64,000 nt of DNA from an uncultured delta proteobacterium (lineage in GTDB: Bacteria > Myxococcota_A > Polyangia > Fen-1088): contig CAVTRY010000011.1 in assembly GCA_963737265.1 (NCBI GenBank), forward strand, positions 800,001-864,000, given 5' to 3'. The notes beneath the pieces are model-generated. The model was not told where the DNA came from and did not search any database. It worked only from the letters and a program-made list of their open reading frames with translations. The position numbers and the translations under genes are program-made. Below are positions 46,771-56,728 of the stretch, one piece after another (the stretch's first letter is position 1; the number at the start of each line of letters is the position of its first letter).

Positions 46771-46949
46771 CGGGCGATCACCACCACGAGAACCATCTCA
46801 CCCACGGCGGCTCGGTCGATATCGGTGACGTCGACCATGACTCGAGTGCGCGGGCGCATAACGGGTTCAAGACCCGCTCGTTCTGCATGGGGAATGGGCT
46901 GTCGCTTCAAAACTCGGCGGATTCTCACGCCGGCTTGGTATAGCGTCAA
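46767..46949 (-). CDS. Possible small hypothetical protein coupled to mlaE
   Basis: ORF stop overlaps mlaE start (ATGA); no recognisable motif. Confidence 0.3.
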   Translation of the reverse strand: MTLYQAGVRIRRVLKRQPIPHAERAGLEPVMRPRTRVMVDVTDIDRAAVGEMVLVVVIAR

Positions 46950-47004
46950 TTTCGGGCGGACGTAACTGCTACTTCACTGGCTTCGCCTCGACTTCAACTC
47001 GACT

Positions 47005-47763
47005 TCAAGAAATTCCGGCTGACCTGGCGATTTCGAAAAATCGTGGAGCGAGCGTCAGCTTGCGGCCATCCAAAGACAGAACCTGTTGGCGCGCCAAATC
47101 CGCGACGATGCGCGAAACCGTCTCGCGGCAGGCACCAATACGGCTAGCCAGATCTTGCTGGGTGGGCGAACGAGGTATCACGGTGCCCTCGGCGACCGCC
47201 TGTCCTTCGTCGTGCGCCAGGTTGAAAAGCAAGCGATAGAGGCGGCTTTCAACATCCGAAGTCGCCAGCCCGGAGGCTAGCAGCTTGACCCGATTCAAGC
47301 GTCTTTCCAGGTCGCGGATCAGGGTGAGCGCGGCGTGTGGAGTCCTGTTCAATAGAGTCAGAAATTCATCACGCGGAATGAACAGCAGGAGACTGGTTTC
47401 CGCGGCCACCAGGCCATCGCCAGGCAGGGTCCCAACGGGGAAGAGAACCGCGTCGGCAATCAGATCCCCGGCGCGAAACGTCTCCAGGGTCAGCTCTCGG
47501 GCGTTGTCGGTCCGCCGCACGGCGCGGATACATCCCTTGACCACCAGCACGGCTGCCCCAAGCCAGCGACCCTCGCTAGGGAGGACCTGTTGCCGCACGC
47601 TAAATGAGCGCAGCGACGCGCTCGGCGACAACGACTCGAGTGCGTTCGGGGGAAATCCGGCAAACCAAGCGGAGCTTTGCAACGCACTTAGCGCTGGGTA
47701 AAAACTGACTTCGTGATGCGTTGCGATCGGAGTGTCTATGCGCAGAGGAGAGGTGGCATTCAT
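47005..47763 (-). CDS. Crp/Fnr family transcriptional regulator
   Basis: cNMP-binding fold, HTH TQQDLASRIGACRETVSR; RBS AGGAGG before ATG 47763. Confidence 0.92.
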   Translation of the reverse strand: MNATSPLRIDTPIATHHEVSFYPALSALQSSAWFAGFPPNALESLSPSASLRSFSVRQQVLPSEGRWLGAAVLVVKGCIRAVRRTDNARELTLETFRAGDLIADAVLFPVGTLPGDGLVAAETSLLLFIPRDEFLTLLNRTPHAALTLIRDLERRLNRVKLLASGLATSDVESRLYRLLFNLAHDEGQAVAEGTVIPRSPTQQDLASRIGACRETVSRIVADLARQQVLSLDGRKLTLAPRFFEIARSAGIS

Positions 47764-47791
47764 GAGATCCTCCTGAATGAACCTCTTCTCA

Positions 47792-47807
47792 AGCAACCTT
47801 GGTGCCA
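47792..47807 (-). promoter_or_regulatory. Sigma54 promoter of the Crp/Fnr gene
   Basis: TGGCACCAAGGTTGCT = GG-N10-GC consensus, 28 nt upstream of ATG. Confidence 0.75.
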
Positions 47808-48015
47808 ACGCAAAGGCGCGAAATTACGCCAAAACCATCAGAAGATGCACAGCGACCGCGACATAGTTGGCAGAGTCATGTCGCGTTTGAGACCGGGGCC
47901 ACGCTCCACCTCACGGCATTCGGGCAGAAGTCGAAACGCCATGCGCCACTCGGGCGAACGTCAGCCCGGCGCACCTGCTGCCAAATCAGGACATCGTCAG
48001 CTACGCAGGTGTCAG

Positions 48016-48089
48016 TGCGCCCGACATGACTCGAACATGTAACCCCCGGCTTCGTAGGCCGGTGCTCTATCCAGTTGAGCTACGGGCGC
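48016..48089 (-). tRNA. tRNA-Arg(ACG)
   Basis: GCGCCCG TA GCTC AACTGGATA GAGC A CCGGC CT-ACG-AA GCCGG GGGTT ACATG TTCGAGT CATGT CGGGCGC A; CCA not encoded. Confidence 0.97.
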
Positions 48090-48224
48090 AAACCCTCGGA
48101 CTTAGGGCGCATGTATGCCGTGCCGCTGGGGCACAAGTCAAGATCTGCGCGCGGAAAAACGCAAAAGCAGCCCGGCAGCGCCAGCGCCCTTTTGGTCCGG
48201 CTCGCGCTGCCCCATTCGCGGGGG

Positions 48225-49985
48225 CTATCGCCTGCGGCGGCGCCCGACGAACCACGCCATGCCGACGAAGGCAAGAACATAGGACATCGGCGCTGAGGTT
48301 GATCGCGTTCCGAGGTTACACTTGCAGCCTAGGGAAGCGTCGCCTGCTTGAGACGGGCCGGCGTCGCCGACGGTGCCGCTCACCCCACCCGTGGACCCTC
48401 CTGAGGCTCCGATTGTCCCAGCCGTACCTTTCATCCCTCCCGCACTGGTCGCGCCACCTTCAACCGCGGCACCGCCGACCTCTCCGCCACCAATGCTCGC
48501 TACGCTTCCACCGCTACCCGCCATCGCGCCGCCAACGCTCGTCGATCCACCCCTGCCACCGCCGCCGCCGCTGCTCTGGACACCGCCCAAAGGCTTGGCA
48601 TCAGCGCCGTTACCGGCGTCCTTGTTGCTTGTACTTGTCGCTCCACCTGAAGCCTGGGCTCCGCCCGTCCCCGAGGTTCCGCCGGATCCCGTGGCACCGC
48701 CGGAACCGCCTGGTGGTGTCGAGGTGTCACCATAGAAACTAACCGGCCCGGTGTCGCCAGCGTTGACGGCCCATGAGCGTCGATCCCATGCAACCAGGGC
48801 GAGCAAGTGCGACGCGTACAGGCCCTGACCATCGTCGCTGGTGTCGGGCTCGGTCCATTTGGCCCCTGGAATTAGCACCGAGCTCACCGTGGCGTCGTCA
48901 TGGTCAGCGATTCCGAGCGCGGCGGCGCACGCCATCTTTGCGAAGAAGTTGCCGCCCGTCAGACCGGCCTGGAGAGCGGCCTTGTATTGTGTCTTGTCGG
49001 CTGCTGCTCCGATGACGTAGAGAGCGGCCTTGGCGATGGTGCCGAGGTCGCCGCCCGCGGTGACCTTGCTTTCGATGAAGGTGCGTGCGGTTGCATCCTC
49101 ACCCATGTAGCCGAGCATGAACAGGGCAAAACCGGCAAAACCGAGGTCGGCGTCGTTCACACCGCATTGCAGACGGGCGCGAAAGACGGCGGCGCGCGCA
49201 CCAAGCCCGGACTTGCGAGCGGCCAGCTCGCCGGCCGTCCACAAGTGCATATAGTCGTACTTTGTTCCCGAGCCTGATGTCGGCGTCTTGGTTGGGCAGG
49301 TGGTCGCGGTGGTGCTTGAACAATTGGTCGGGACGACCGCGTCACTACCCGTGTTCCAGGACGCGCGGCCCGCGCAATAGAGCTGCAGCAATTTGTCGAG
49401 CCCTGAAGCCTCGTTCTCGAAGTCCGCGATTGCGGAGTATTGAAGGGATCGTCCTTGCGCCAGGTCGCCGCCACAGCCTGGGTTGGCAGGGTTGTCCAAG
49501 CCGGGCGGCGGCGTCGTCGCCGGGATGAGTGTTCCCGCAGCCGTTTTCACCATGACTGCATTCGCGCCTTTGGTGGGATAGCAGTTGCTTTCGCCGCTAT
49601 TTCCAAACGAAACCAGAAAGCTGATGTCTTGAATGCTGACAGAGCCGCCACCAGCTTTCGCCACTGCCAAGTTGTACGTGGCCTTCTCACCGGGCAGGAG
49701 GGTACCGGGTGTCTTTTGGGTCTGGCGGGTGGCGGTCACCACGGTGCTACCGATCTTGGCCGTCAGAACGAAGTTGGGCAGCAGATAGCCCATGTTGTTC
49801 TGAACATAGACGGTCATGGTGGCCGTCCCGGAGGCCGGAACCGTCACGGTGTCGCTCGCCGGTCGGACTACGATGTTGTAGCTTGAGGCCCAAAGGTCAT
49901 CACACCAGTGAGCCTCAGCCTGAGCCGAGATGAGGAGGAGCGAAAGCGCTGCCCCGTAAAAAACGCTGCCCTTGCATAGAAGCAT
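48225..49985 (-). CDS. Cys-rich exported protein with Gly/Ser linker and MYXO-CTERM sorting signal
   Basis: Signal peptide ending AQAEA, Ig-like segment, helical region, Gly-rich linker, GCKC...YVLAFVGMAWFVGRRRRR. Confidence 0.85.
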   Translation of the reverse strand: MLLCKGSVFYGAALSLLLISAQAEAHWCDDLWASSYNIVVRPASDTVTVPASGTATMTVYVQNNMGYLLPNFVLTAKIGSTVVTATRQTQKTPGTLLPGEKATYNLAVAKAGGGSVSIQDISFLVSFGNSGESNCYPTKGANAVMVKTAAGTLIPATTPPPGLDNPANPGCGGDLAQGRSLQYSAIADFENEASGLDKLLQLYCAGRASWNTGSDAVVPTNCSSTTATTCPTKTPTSGSGTKYDYMHLWTAGELAARKSGLGARAAVFRARLQCGVNDADLGFAGFALFMLGYMGEDATARTFIESKVTAGGDLGTIAKAALYVIGAAADKTQYKAALQAGLTGGNFFAKMACAAALGIADHDDATVSSVLIPGAKWTEPDTSDDGQGLYASHLLALVAWDRRSWAVNAGDTGPVSFYGDTSTPPGGSGGATGSGGTSGTGGAQASGGATSTSNKDAGNGADAKPLGGVQSSGGGGGRGGSTSVGGAMAGSGGSVASIGGGEVGGAAVEGGATSAGGMKGTAGTIGASGGSTGGVSGTVGDAGPSQAGDASLGCKCNLGTRSTSAPMSYVLAFVGMAWFVGRRRRR

Positions 49986-50146
49986 GTGATCGTCTCCCTT
50001 GTTCGGCCGCGAACCGGCGCCATGATAGAAATCAAGACAAAGGTCAAGAGACTCGGAACCAGAACTACAGAGCGTTCCGAAGCCGTGCGGTATCTTCCAA
50101 GTTAGTGGTAGCTCGACCGAGTCTACCTTAAAAAGGTTTCCCATCA

Positions 50147-51235
50147 ATGTATAAACGGTCCATAATTCTTCAATTCGCCTTCGTGCTTGCGAGCGTCTGC
50201 CCACACTGGCGCACCTTTGCCTCGGGCGCGGACGCCGGGCTGGTCGAGGCTCGACCTGCGAGCACCGCGCTTCATCAGGCGGCTCGGCAAGGAAACACCT
50301 CGGAGGTTAGACGGCGCCTGGACGCTGGCGAGGAAGTCGATGTTCGCGACACTTGGGCGATGACTCCGCTGCACTACGCTGCCAGCCAAGGACGCCTGGA
50401 GGCCGCCAGCCTGCTGCTCGACCGCGGTGCCGATCCAAACGCGCGCGCCGGGGTGGGCATGACACCGCTTCACTTTGCCGCCATGTTGGGCCACGCGGAA
50501 ATGGCTGGGCTGCTGCTGCGGCGGGGCTCCCGAGTCGACGCTCGCACGAGATCAGGCATGACGGCCTTGCACCTGGCGGCAGACGACAAAGTGGTGGATG
50601 TGCTTGCGGCGGCCGGCGGCGACGTAAACGCTCTGTCCGACGGGGGACTGACGCCTCTTCACACAACCCGTCAGGGGATTGTGGCGCGCGCTCTCATCAG
50701 CCACAAAGCCGACCTGAGAATTCGAGATCCTCGGGGGCGTACCGCGATGGACCTGGCGGGCATCGAAACCCTGGAGCGTGTCGGTTTGTCCATCCACAGC
50801 GTCATGCTGGGAAGACTGCGCGGAATCGTAGGACAGATGCCCGTAACCCTGACCAACGTCTCCAGCCAGCCAATTCGAGCAGTGGCCCTGACGGCGCGCA
50901 GCCCGGCTTGCAACATCGAAGCCGAGCCACCTGTGATTGCCGAGCTGTTGCCGGGCCAAGACGAGAGAATTCTCCTGACCCTGACCCGCACGCCTTCTGT
51001 GCCCGAGGGGGAGTATCCAGTGTTCATCGCCATCAGTGCGGCGGGCAAGAAACTGGGCGATGTGGATCTCAAGGTCGACACTACGATGTCCGTGACGCTG
51101 GAGGATCGAGGGATGATCCGCCTGGCCAAGGGACAAATGCGCCCCGCACCGTCGCGCTGGTCCTACGTCGTCTACGCGATTGTTCCGCTGCTCGTGGTAG
51201 GCGCGTGGTTCTTCCTGCGCCGGCGTGCTGCCTAA
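50147..51235 (+). CDS. Exported ankyrin-repeat protein with Ig-like domain and C-terminal TM anchor
   Basis: Repeated TPLHYAA/TPLHFAA/TALHLAA; C-terminal YAIVPLLVVGAWFFLRRR. Confidence 0.88.
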   Translation: MYKRSIILQFAFVLASVCPHWRTFASGADAGLVEARPASTALHQAARQGNTSEVRRRLDAGEEVDVRDTWAMTPLHYAASQGRLEAASLLLDRGADPNARAGVGMTPLHFAAMLGHAEMAGLLLRRGSRVDARTRSGMTALHLAADDKVVDVLAAAGGDVNALSDGGLTPLHTTRQGIVARALISHKADLRIRDPRGRTAMDLAGIETLERVGLSIHSVMLGRLRGIVGQMPVTLTNVSSQPIRAVALTARSPACNIEAEPPVIAELLPGQDERILLTLTRTPSVPEGEYPVFIAISAAGKKLGDVDLKVDTTMSVTLEDRGMIRLAKGQMRPAPSRWSYVVYAIVPLLVVGAWFFLRRRAA

Positions 51236-51236
51236 T

Positions 51237-52679
51237 TCAAGCCCGTACGCGAAGGCGCCTTCGTTCTCGCTGGGTGAGAAAAACGGCCAGGCCAGCGAAG
51301 GGGACGAGAACCATCGGGAATGACAGCCAGAACCACAAATTCGAGCGTAGCTCCGGCGCCGCGCGCTCGTCGGCGTCGAGGGGAAGTGCGCGCAAGGTTC
51401 CGTCGTAGCTACCGACGAAGGCCATCCATCGTCCGCGGATCCGGCCCGCCACCGGCGACGACCAATTGCTGTCGTCCATCCCGCCCACATTCCAAATCGG
51501 CCGGCCGGTGAAGGCGGTGAAGATGGGCGCGCCGCTGGCGAGGGCATTCACGTGCAGCATGTGGTCCCACGCCATGCTCAGCACCATGGGCTCGCGGCCC
51601 TGGGCGATCACGGCCACGGACGAAAAGACTCCGCCGCGAGCGGTATCGCGCCAGGCCAGCGCACCGTCGGTGGCGCCGAGGGCGTAGAGCTTTCTGTCAT
51701 AGGAGCCGACAAAGGCCCGTGGCTTGTCTCCGTCCAAAATCGCCGGCGATCCCGTGATCCGATCCCCGGTCCGAAATTGCCAGCGCTCGGTCCCAGTTAG
51801 GGCATCGAGCCCGCGAAGGGTTCCAAATTTCGAGCCGGTTACGAGCATTGGCCCCTGGCTGGTGGCCAGAAACGCTGGCGGGCTTCGCACGCAATCGAGC
51901 TCTGCCTTCTTCCACAGGACTTTGCCGTCGCTGGCGGAAAGAGCGTAGATGTTGCCGCTCGACGAACCGAGGAAGAGCATGCCCTTCCCCGCCACACGCG
52001 CGAAGATGGCGGCTGTCAGCTCGCCTTCGCCCAAATCGGAGCGCCAAACGGGATGGCCATCGTCGACTGCGAGCGCCACCACGCCGCTGCGTTGCATGCT
52101 GTTAGCCAGCGAGCGATCCCAGATCCAATAGGGCACGAAGACAGCGTCGTCCCGTTCGCCGGTTCCGCCTACGCAGGGAGCGGCCAGGCGCGCGCCGCCG
52201 AGCGTCGGCCGAAAATCCTCGACCGCGTGGACCCAAACCTGGCGCCCCAACACGGGATCGATGGCGTAGACAATTCGATCATTCGACGCCGCGAAAAGGA
52301 TCTGGCGTGCGCCGTCCTGGAAAAACACGGGCGCCGCGAACACCGGCCCGCCCGTGGTGAGCTTCCACAGCTCTTCGCCGGTGGCGGCGTTCAGGCAGTA
52401 GATCGTGTGATCGTAGTTGCCGGCTACGACGATGGGCTTGTCGCCCGCAACCCCGAGCGCCGGCGACGACCAGATAGTCAGCCCGGGCTCATAGCCCCAG
52501 ACGCGGCCGCTGCCGTCGAAGCTCCAGGCGCGAGGAGGCGTGTCCTGCCCTGCCACGAGCTCGATAGCCGCGCGGTTCTGGGCATCACAACGGCTCTGCG
52601 ACCAGACGTTACACTCTGTGGCATACGACGTCCCCGAAACCAGGAAGGCCGCGCTAAACGCCAGCGCGCGCAAACTCAT
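51237..52679 (-). CDS. PQQ-type (BamB-like) beta-propeller protein with C-terminal TM anchor
   Basis: Repeated SSPA...GSYD..LYAL.A.TG...W blades; signal peptide; FWLSFPMVLVPFAGLAVFLTQRERRR. Confidence 0.88.
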   Translation of the reverse strand: MSLRALAFSAAFLVSGTSYATECNVWSQSRCDAQNRAAIELVAGQDTPPRAWSFDGSGRVWGYEPGLTIWSSPALGVAGDKPIVVAGNYDHTIYCLNAATGEELWKLTTGGPVFAAPVFFQDGARQILFAASNDRIVYAIDPVLGRQVWVHAVEDFRPTLGGARLAAPCVGGTGERDDAVFVPYWIWDRSLANSMQRSGVVALAVDDGHPVWRSDLGEGELTAAIFARVAGKGMLFLGSSSGNIYALSASDGKVLWKKAELDCVRSPPAFLATSQGPMLVTGSKFGTLRGLDALTGTERWQFRTGDRITGSPAILDGDKPRAFVGSYDRKLYALGATDGALAWRDTARGGVFSSVAVIAQGREPMVLSMAWDHMLHVNALASGAPIFTAFTGRPIWNVGGMDDSNWSSPVAGRIRGRWMAFVGSYDGTLRALPLDADERAAPELRSNLWFWLSFPMVLVPFAGLAVFLTQRERRRLRVRA

Positions 52680-53728
52680 GCCGCCGGTCTCGCGGCCACT
52701 TTCGCGCTACCCGACTCCGCCTCGCGCTTCCCGCCCAACTGCCAGACATCCACGATTTTCAAAGCTGAGTTGGCGCAATGGTCGACGCACGCGTGGCAGA
52801 ATTGGCAATGGGCGACGCGAATCACGCCCTTGTCGATGGCGGCCACGTCGCACTTCGTGTCACATACCCCGCACTGATTGCAGCGGCCAGGCTCGAGGAG
52901 AATGCGCAAGCGGGAAAAGCGGTGGATGAATCCCATGAGGTAGCCCCACGGGCAAAGATAGCGGCACCACGAGCGCAGCACAAAAAGGCCTCCCACCAGA
53001 ACGACCAAGGTCGTAAGCGCGGACGCCGGATCGTCGCGCGCCGTGAATGCGAAGTGTACCGGCGAGGTCACGACCATGTGCGAGACCGCGGTGAGAAAAA
53101 TCGCCCCCAAACTGAACAGCCGAAGCTTCCGGCTGGGAACGTCGTCGACAATGCCCGACAGGACGAAGTAACAGATGAGAATCAGCATCGCGGCCCAGTG
53201 CAGGCTGGAATCCTCGACGAAAAGCTTCTTCTTCACGCCAAGCCAAACCAACAAGCTTACGAAGCCCAGGCAGACCGTGGCCAGCCCGATGAGCTCGCCG
53301 CGCGACAAGCCGCCCACACGACGAGGCAGACGCTTGCGTATCCACCCCGACACATCCTGCAGGCTACCGGTGGGACAGATCCAGCCGCAGAAGACCGGCC
53401 CGTGCAGCAAGGTCACGGCAATGATGACGATGGGTAGCGCCAGCCAATAGAATGACTCGCCATAGGCCGAGCCCACCAGGGTCAAACCGTACAGCCCGTT
53501 GCGAATCATGCCGAAGACGCCGAGGCACGAATACACGACACAGTAGAACACCAGAAAAGAAGCCAATTGCACCATTCGGCGTATCCACTGGCGGTGGCGA
53601 GTTACGTTGCTTATCACAACGACGACGAGAAATAGAAAAAGCAACGAAGCCATCTCCACGCTTGTGCCGTCGAGGGACAGAAACGGAACGTTGAAGATCT
53701 TGCCGAGCGGGCTGCGTTCTGGCTGCAT
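52676..53728 (-). CDS. Membrane 4Fe-4S binding protein (NapH/MauN/YccM-like polyferredoxin)
   Basis: CGWICPTG, CRYLCPWG, CNQCGVCDTKC, CQFCHACVDHC; many TMs. Confidence 0.9.
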   Translation of the reverse strand: MQPERSPLGKIFNVPFLSLDGTSVEMASLLFLFLVVVVISNVTRHRQWIRRMVQLASFLVFYCVVYSCLGVFGMIRNGLYGLTLVGSAYGESFYWLALPIVIIAVTLLHGPVFCGWICPTGSLQDVSGWIRKRLPRRVGGLSRGELIGLATVCLGFVSLLVWLGVKKKLFVEDSSLHWAAMLILICYFVLSGIVDDVPSRKLRLFSLGAIFLTAVSHMVVTSPVHFAFTARDDPASALTTLVVLVGGLFVLRSWCRYLCPWGYLMGFIHRFSRLRILLEPGRCNQCGVCDTKCDVAAIDKGVIRVAHCQFCHACVDHCANSALKIVDVWQLGGKREAESGSAKVAARPAA

Positions 53729-53735
53729 GGGCTCC

Positions 53736-54521
53736 CTAGTTTGACTCGGCGCTGGTGCACTCGCCCGGTTTTTCGGCGCATGCCTGAGCACACGATGGAA
53801 GATTGGCGACGACTTCCAGGGGCAAACCAAGAAAACGCGCGACGAATGGGCAGCGGGGCTTGCCCTGCACCTCGACCGCTGGCCCACGCTGCACGATGCG
53901 CCCTCCCAGCATGACGGCAATGTGATCGCCGAGCGCGGCAGCTTCTTCCCGACTGTGCGTCACGTGCAACGTGGTCAGGCCCAATTCCTTGTGAACGCGC
54001 GCCAGCTCAACCTGCAATTCCAGCCGCGTATTGTGGTCGAGGGCGCTCATGGGCTCGTCGAGCAGCAACAAGTCCGGTCGGATTGCTAGGGCTCGCGCAA
54101 TAGCGACCCGCTGCGCTTCGCCGCCGCTGAGGGTAGCAACGGGTCGATCCACGACCGACTGTAATCCCAGGCGTTCGACCAAATCGTCCACCGTGCGCTG
54201 TACCTCGTCGCGCGGGATCTTGCGGGCGTCCAGGCCGTAGGCAATGTTGCCCCGAACGGATTTATGTGGAAAAAGCGCCGATTGCTGAAATACCAGTCCC
54301 ATATTGCGACGCTCCGGCGGCGTGGCGCGCAAATCGCGATTGGCGACCAGTATCTGTCCTTCCTCGGGCGTGAAGAAACCGGCGATGGTCTGTAGCAGCA
54401 CGGATTTGCCGCAGCCGCTGGGCCCGAGAATGACCCAGTACTCGCCCTTTTCAATCCGCAACGATAAGTCGCGAAGCGCAAACGAACCGAAGCGGCAATA
54501 CAGGTGTGAAAGTTCGATCAT
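53736..54521 (-). CDS. Oxyanion ABC transporter ATPase (WtpC/ModC-like)
   Basis: GPSGCGKS, LSGGEAQRVAIARA, LDEP; no C-terminal TOBE/Mop domain. Confidence 0.9.
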   Translation of the reverse strand: MIELSHLYCRFGSFALRDLSLRIEKGEYWVILGPSGCGKSVLLQTIAGFFTPEEGQILVANRDLRATPPERRNMGLVFQQSALFPHKSVRGNIAYGLDARKIPRDEVQRTVDDLVERLGLQSVVDRPVATLSGGEAQRVAIARALAIRPDLLLLDEPMSALDHNTRLELQVELARVHKELGLTTLHVTHSREEAAALGDHIAVMLGGRIVQRGPAVEVQGKPRCPFVARFLGLPLEVVANLPSCAQACAEKPGECTSAESN

Positions 54522-55738
54522 GGTCGCCGCTCCGGTCGCGAGTGGCGTAAGGCGAACGGTAAGAGCGTTTGCCCGAACTGCAGCATCACGAACACCCACA
54601 AACAGATGATGAGCAGGAGAATGGCGATGGGCCGGCTTTCCGAGGCGCCCGCGCGCAAGAACTCGGTGTGCACGAGCACGGGCGCGGTCACGGGCGAGCT
54701 GGCGAAGAGGACGATGCAGCCAAACTCGCTGACCGCGCGCGCCCATGCCAGCGTCGCACCGACGAGAATGCCCCGCGAGGCCAATGGCAACGAAATGCGA
54801 GCGAAAGTCGCCGCGGGCGAAGCGCCCAAGCTGCGCGAGGCCAGCTCGTACTGAAGCGGCACCGACTCGAATGCGGTCATGGCTGTCTTGACTAGAAACG
54901 GTGCCGCGACGAAAACCTGCGCAATCACGATGCCGACGAGCGAACCCGAGATGGGCAGCCCGAGGCTTTCAAGCACACCTCCGAGCACGCTTCCCGGACC
55001 CAAAAGAACAATCAGCGCGATACCGGCGACAGACTGCGGCACGAGGATGGGCACGTCCACCATGGATTCGACCCAGCGCTTGCCTGGGAAATCGACGCGA
55101 GCCAGTGCATAGGCAAGAGGCACCGCCCACAGCGCCAACACCACCGTCGCCACCGTCGAGGTGAGGAGGCTGAGCCAGATGGCGCTCGCCACATCCCCGC
55201 GCATGAAGGTGTGCCACAGCGTTTGCAGCGAGTCCTGCATGCCCAGGTGGATGAGGGGAAAAAGAACCACCGCGAGGGCCACCAGACCGCCGCACAGGCA
55301 GAGGCGCGCGAACAACGACGCCTTGCCGCGCGTCCGCCAATAGACCGCATAAATCAGGGACAGAGGAATGAAAGTCTCGAAGGCGAATGGCTGCAAGACG
55401 ACGAAGCAGACGACGAAGATAGCGAAGAATCCCAACAGGACAGGCGTGCCGAAGCAGCCCGCGAGGGCGACGACGAGCAGAATAAAAAGTGGCGCCTTGC
55501 CCAGCAAAACCAACACGAGGAGAAAGAGCGCCGTGTATCCAGCTACGAAGAGAGCGACGGTGCGCGCCGACCGCCGGCGCAGCACCGTCGCCGCTGCCGA
55601 AAAGACGAAGAGGTTGGTGAAGAAAAGCGCGAGGTTCATTCCCGGCGAAAACGGCGGGTTCGGGACCATGCCCATTCCGAGGTGGATCGCCGCCAGCACA
55701 AGCAACGCGCCCAAACTTTGTTTCCAGGTCTGCTTCAC
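54518..55738 (-). CDS. Tungstate/molybdate ABC permease (WtpB/ModB-like) with extra N-terminal TM helices
   Basis: DVPILVPQSVAGIAL, AQVFVAAPF, SLGAS...F.RISLPL, WARAVSEFG. Confidence 0.88.
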   Translation of the reverse strand: MKQTWKQSLGALLVLAAIHLGMGMVPNPPFSPGMNLALFFTNLFVFSAAATVLRRRSARTVALFVAGYTALFLLVLVLLGKAPLFILLVVALAGCFGTPVLLGFFAIFVVCFVVLQPFAFETFIPLSLIYAVYWRTRGKASLFARLCLCGGLVALAVVLFPLIHLGMQDSLQTLWHTFMRGDVASAIWLSLLTSTVATVVLALWAVPLAYALARVDFPGKRWVESMVDVPILVPQSVAGIALIVLLGPGSVLGGVLESLGLPISGSLVGIVIAQVFVAAPFLVKTAMTAFESVPLQYELASRSLGASPAATFARISLPLASRGILVGATLAWARAVSEFGCIVLFASSPVTAPVLVHTEFLRAGASESRPIAILLLIICLWVFVMLQFGQTLLPFALRHSRPERRP

Positions 55739-56724
55739 GGCGCGCCCCACGATACGAGACCGGCAAGGTCCTTTGGAAGTCCTAGGCAGGGATTGCAGCG
55801 AACGGGGCTAGCCGGATGAAATCCCCGCCGTAGAAGCAAGCGACGGCCGAATTCGCCGAAAAAAAACGCCAGGAACTTCTCAGCCGCGACCGCGTGAGGG
55901 GCACTGATAGGAATCGTCATTCCGTAGCTGACCGGCGCGCCTTGTACGCGCGCGGACCCCTGTCCCCGCTTCATACGAACCTCGACGCTGGCGGCGGCGT
56001 AGCGCCCGGCGAGATCCGACCGTGACAAGTTGATTTCGGGCGAAAGACTCAGAATTTTCAGATGGTGGTCCTCGGCGGTGGAGCGAAAGAGAAAGGCGTA
56101 GTCGATGGCGCGCGATTCGAGCAAGCCCAGCAATTCGGCTTCGTCGTGCACGACGTGATCGGCCGAGCAATGGGCTTGGAGCTTGGCCGTCAAGCCCGTT
56201 CCCGCGCCGCCGTACGCGCCGGACAATTCGGCCAATTGCCACACCATGAGTGTCTGGTAGCCGATCGGGGCGGTGTCGGGATCCGCGCGGCCAAGACGTA
56301 CACCCTCGCGAGTCAGAACCTCAGGCCAGTTCTGAATTCCGACTTGGTCGGTCCACTTACTGTGATCCTTGTGCGCAATGACGACCTCGTTGGTGGCAAA
56401 GACTGCGTCCCAGGTCGCATGCGTCGGGATCATCATCCTGTCGATCAACGGCGCGTCAGCGACCGCCACGACATCGGCACGCATCCCCAATTCCGAAACC
56501 TTGCGCACCGCTACCTGCGAGCCCGAAGGCTCGAGCCGGAGGCGCAACCCCGGATTGTCCTTCTGAAAAGCCGCCGCCGCATCGCCCAGCACCGCCGACA
56601 AGCTGCTGGCGTGGAAGACGACGATTTCCGTCGTGTGAGACCTACAGCCACACAACCCGACCACGGCCACAGCGAGCAAAACGCACATCCTGGCCGAAAG
56701 GGACGCCACGCAGTCTCCTATCAC
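55735..56724 (-). CDS. Tungstate/molybdate-binding lipoprotein (WtpA-like)
   Basis: Lipobox-like LCGC, VFHASSLS, SGSQVAVRKV, DPDTAPIGYQ, IDYAFLFRS, LSPEINLS, YGMTIP. Confidence 0.85.
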   Translation of the reverse strand: MIGDCVASLSARMCVLLAVAVVGLCGCRSHTTEIVVFHASSLSAVLGDAAAAFQKDNPGLRLRLEPSGSQVAVRKVSELGMRADVVAVADAPLIDRMMIPTHATWDAVFATNEVVIAHKDHSKWTDQVGIQNWPEVLTREGVRLGRADPDTAPIGYQTLMVWQLAELSGAYGGAGTGLTAKLQAHCSADHVVHDEAELLGLLESRAIDYAFLFRSTAEDHHLKILSLSPEINLSRSDLAGRYAAASVEVRMKRGQGSARVQGAPVSYGMTIPISAPHAVAAEKFLAFFFGEFGRRLLLRRGFHPASPVRCNPCLGLPKDLAGLVSWGAP

Positions 56725-56728
56725 GGAC

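Noticed and set aside
48016-48225. tRNA-Arg as an integration site for the 48-64 kb accessory locus
   Set aside because: The locus lies on the 5' side of the tRNA, and no integrase or duplicated tRNA 3' end is visible
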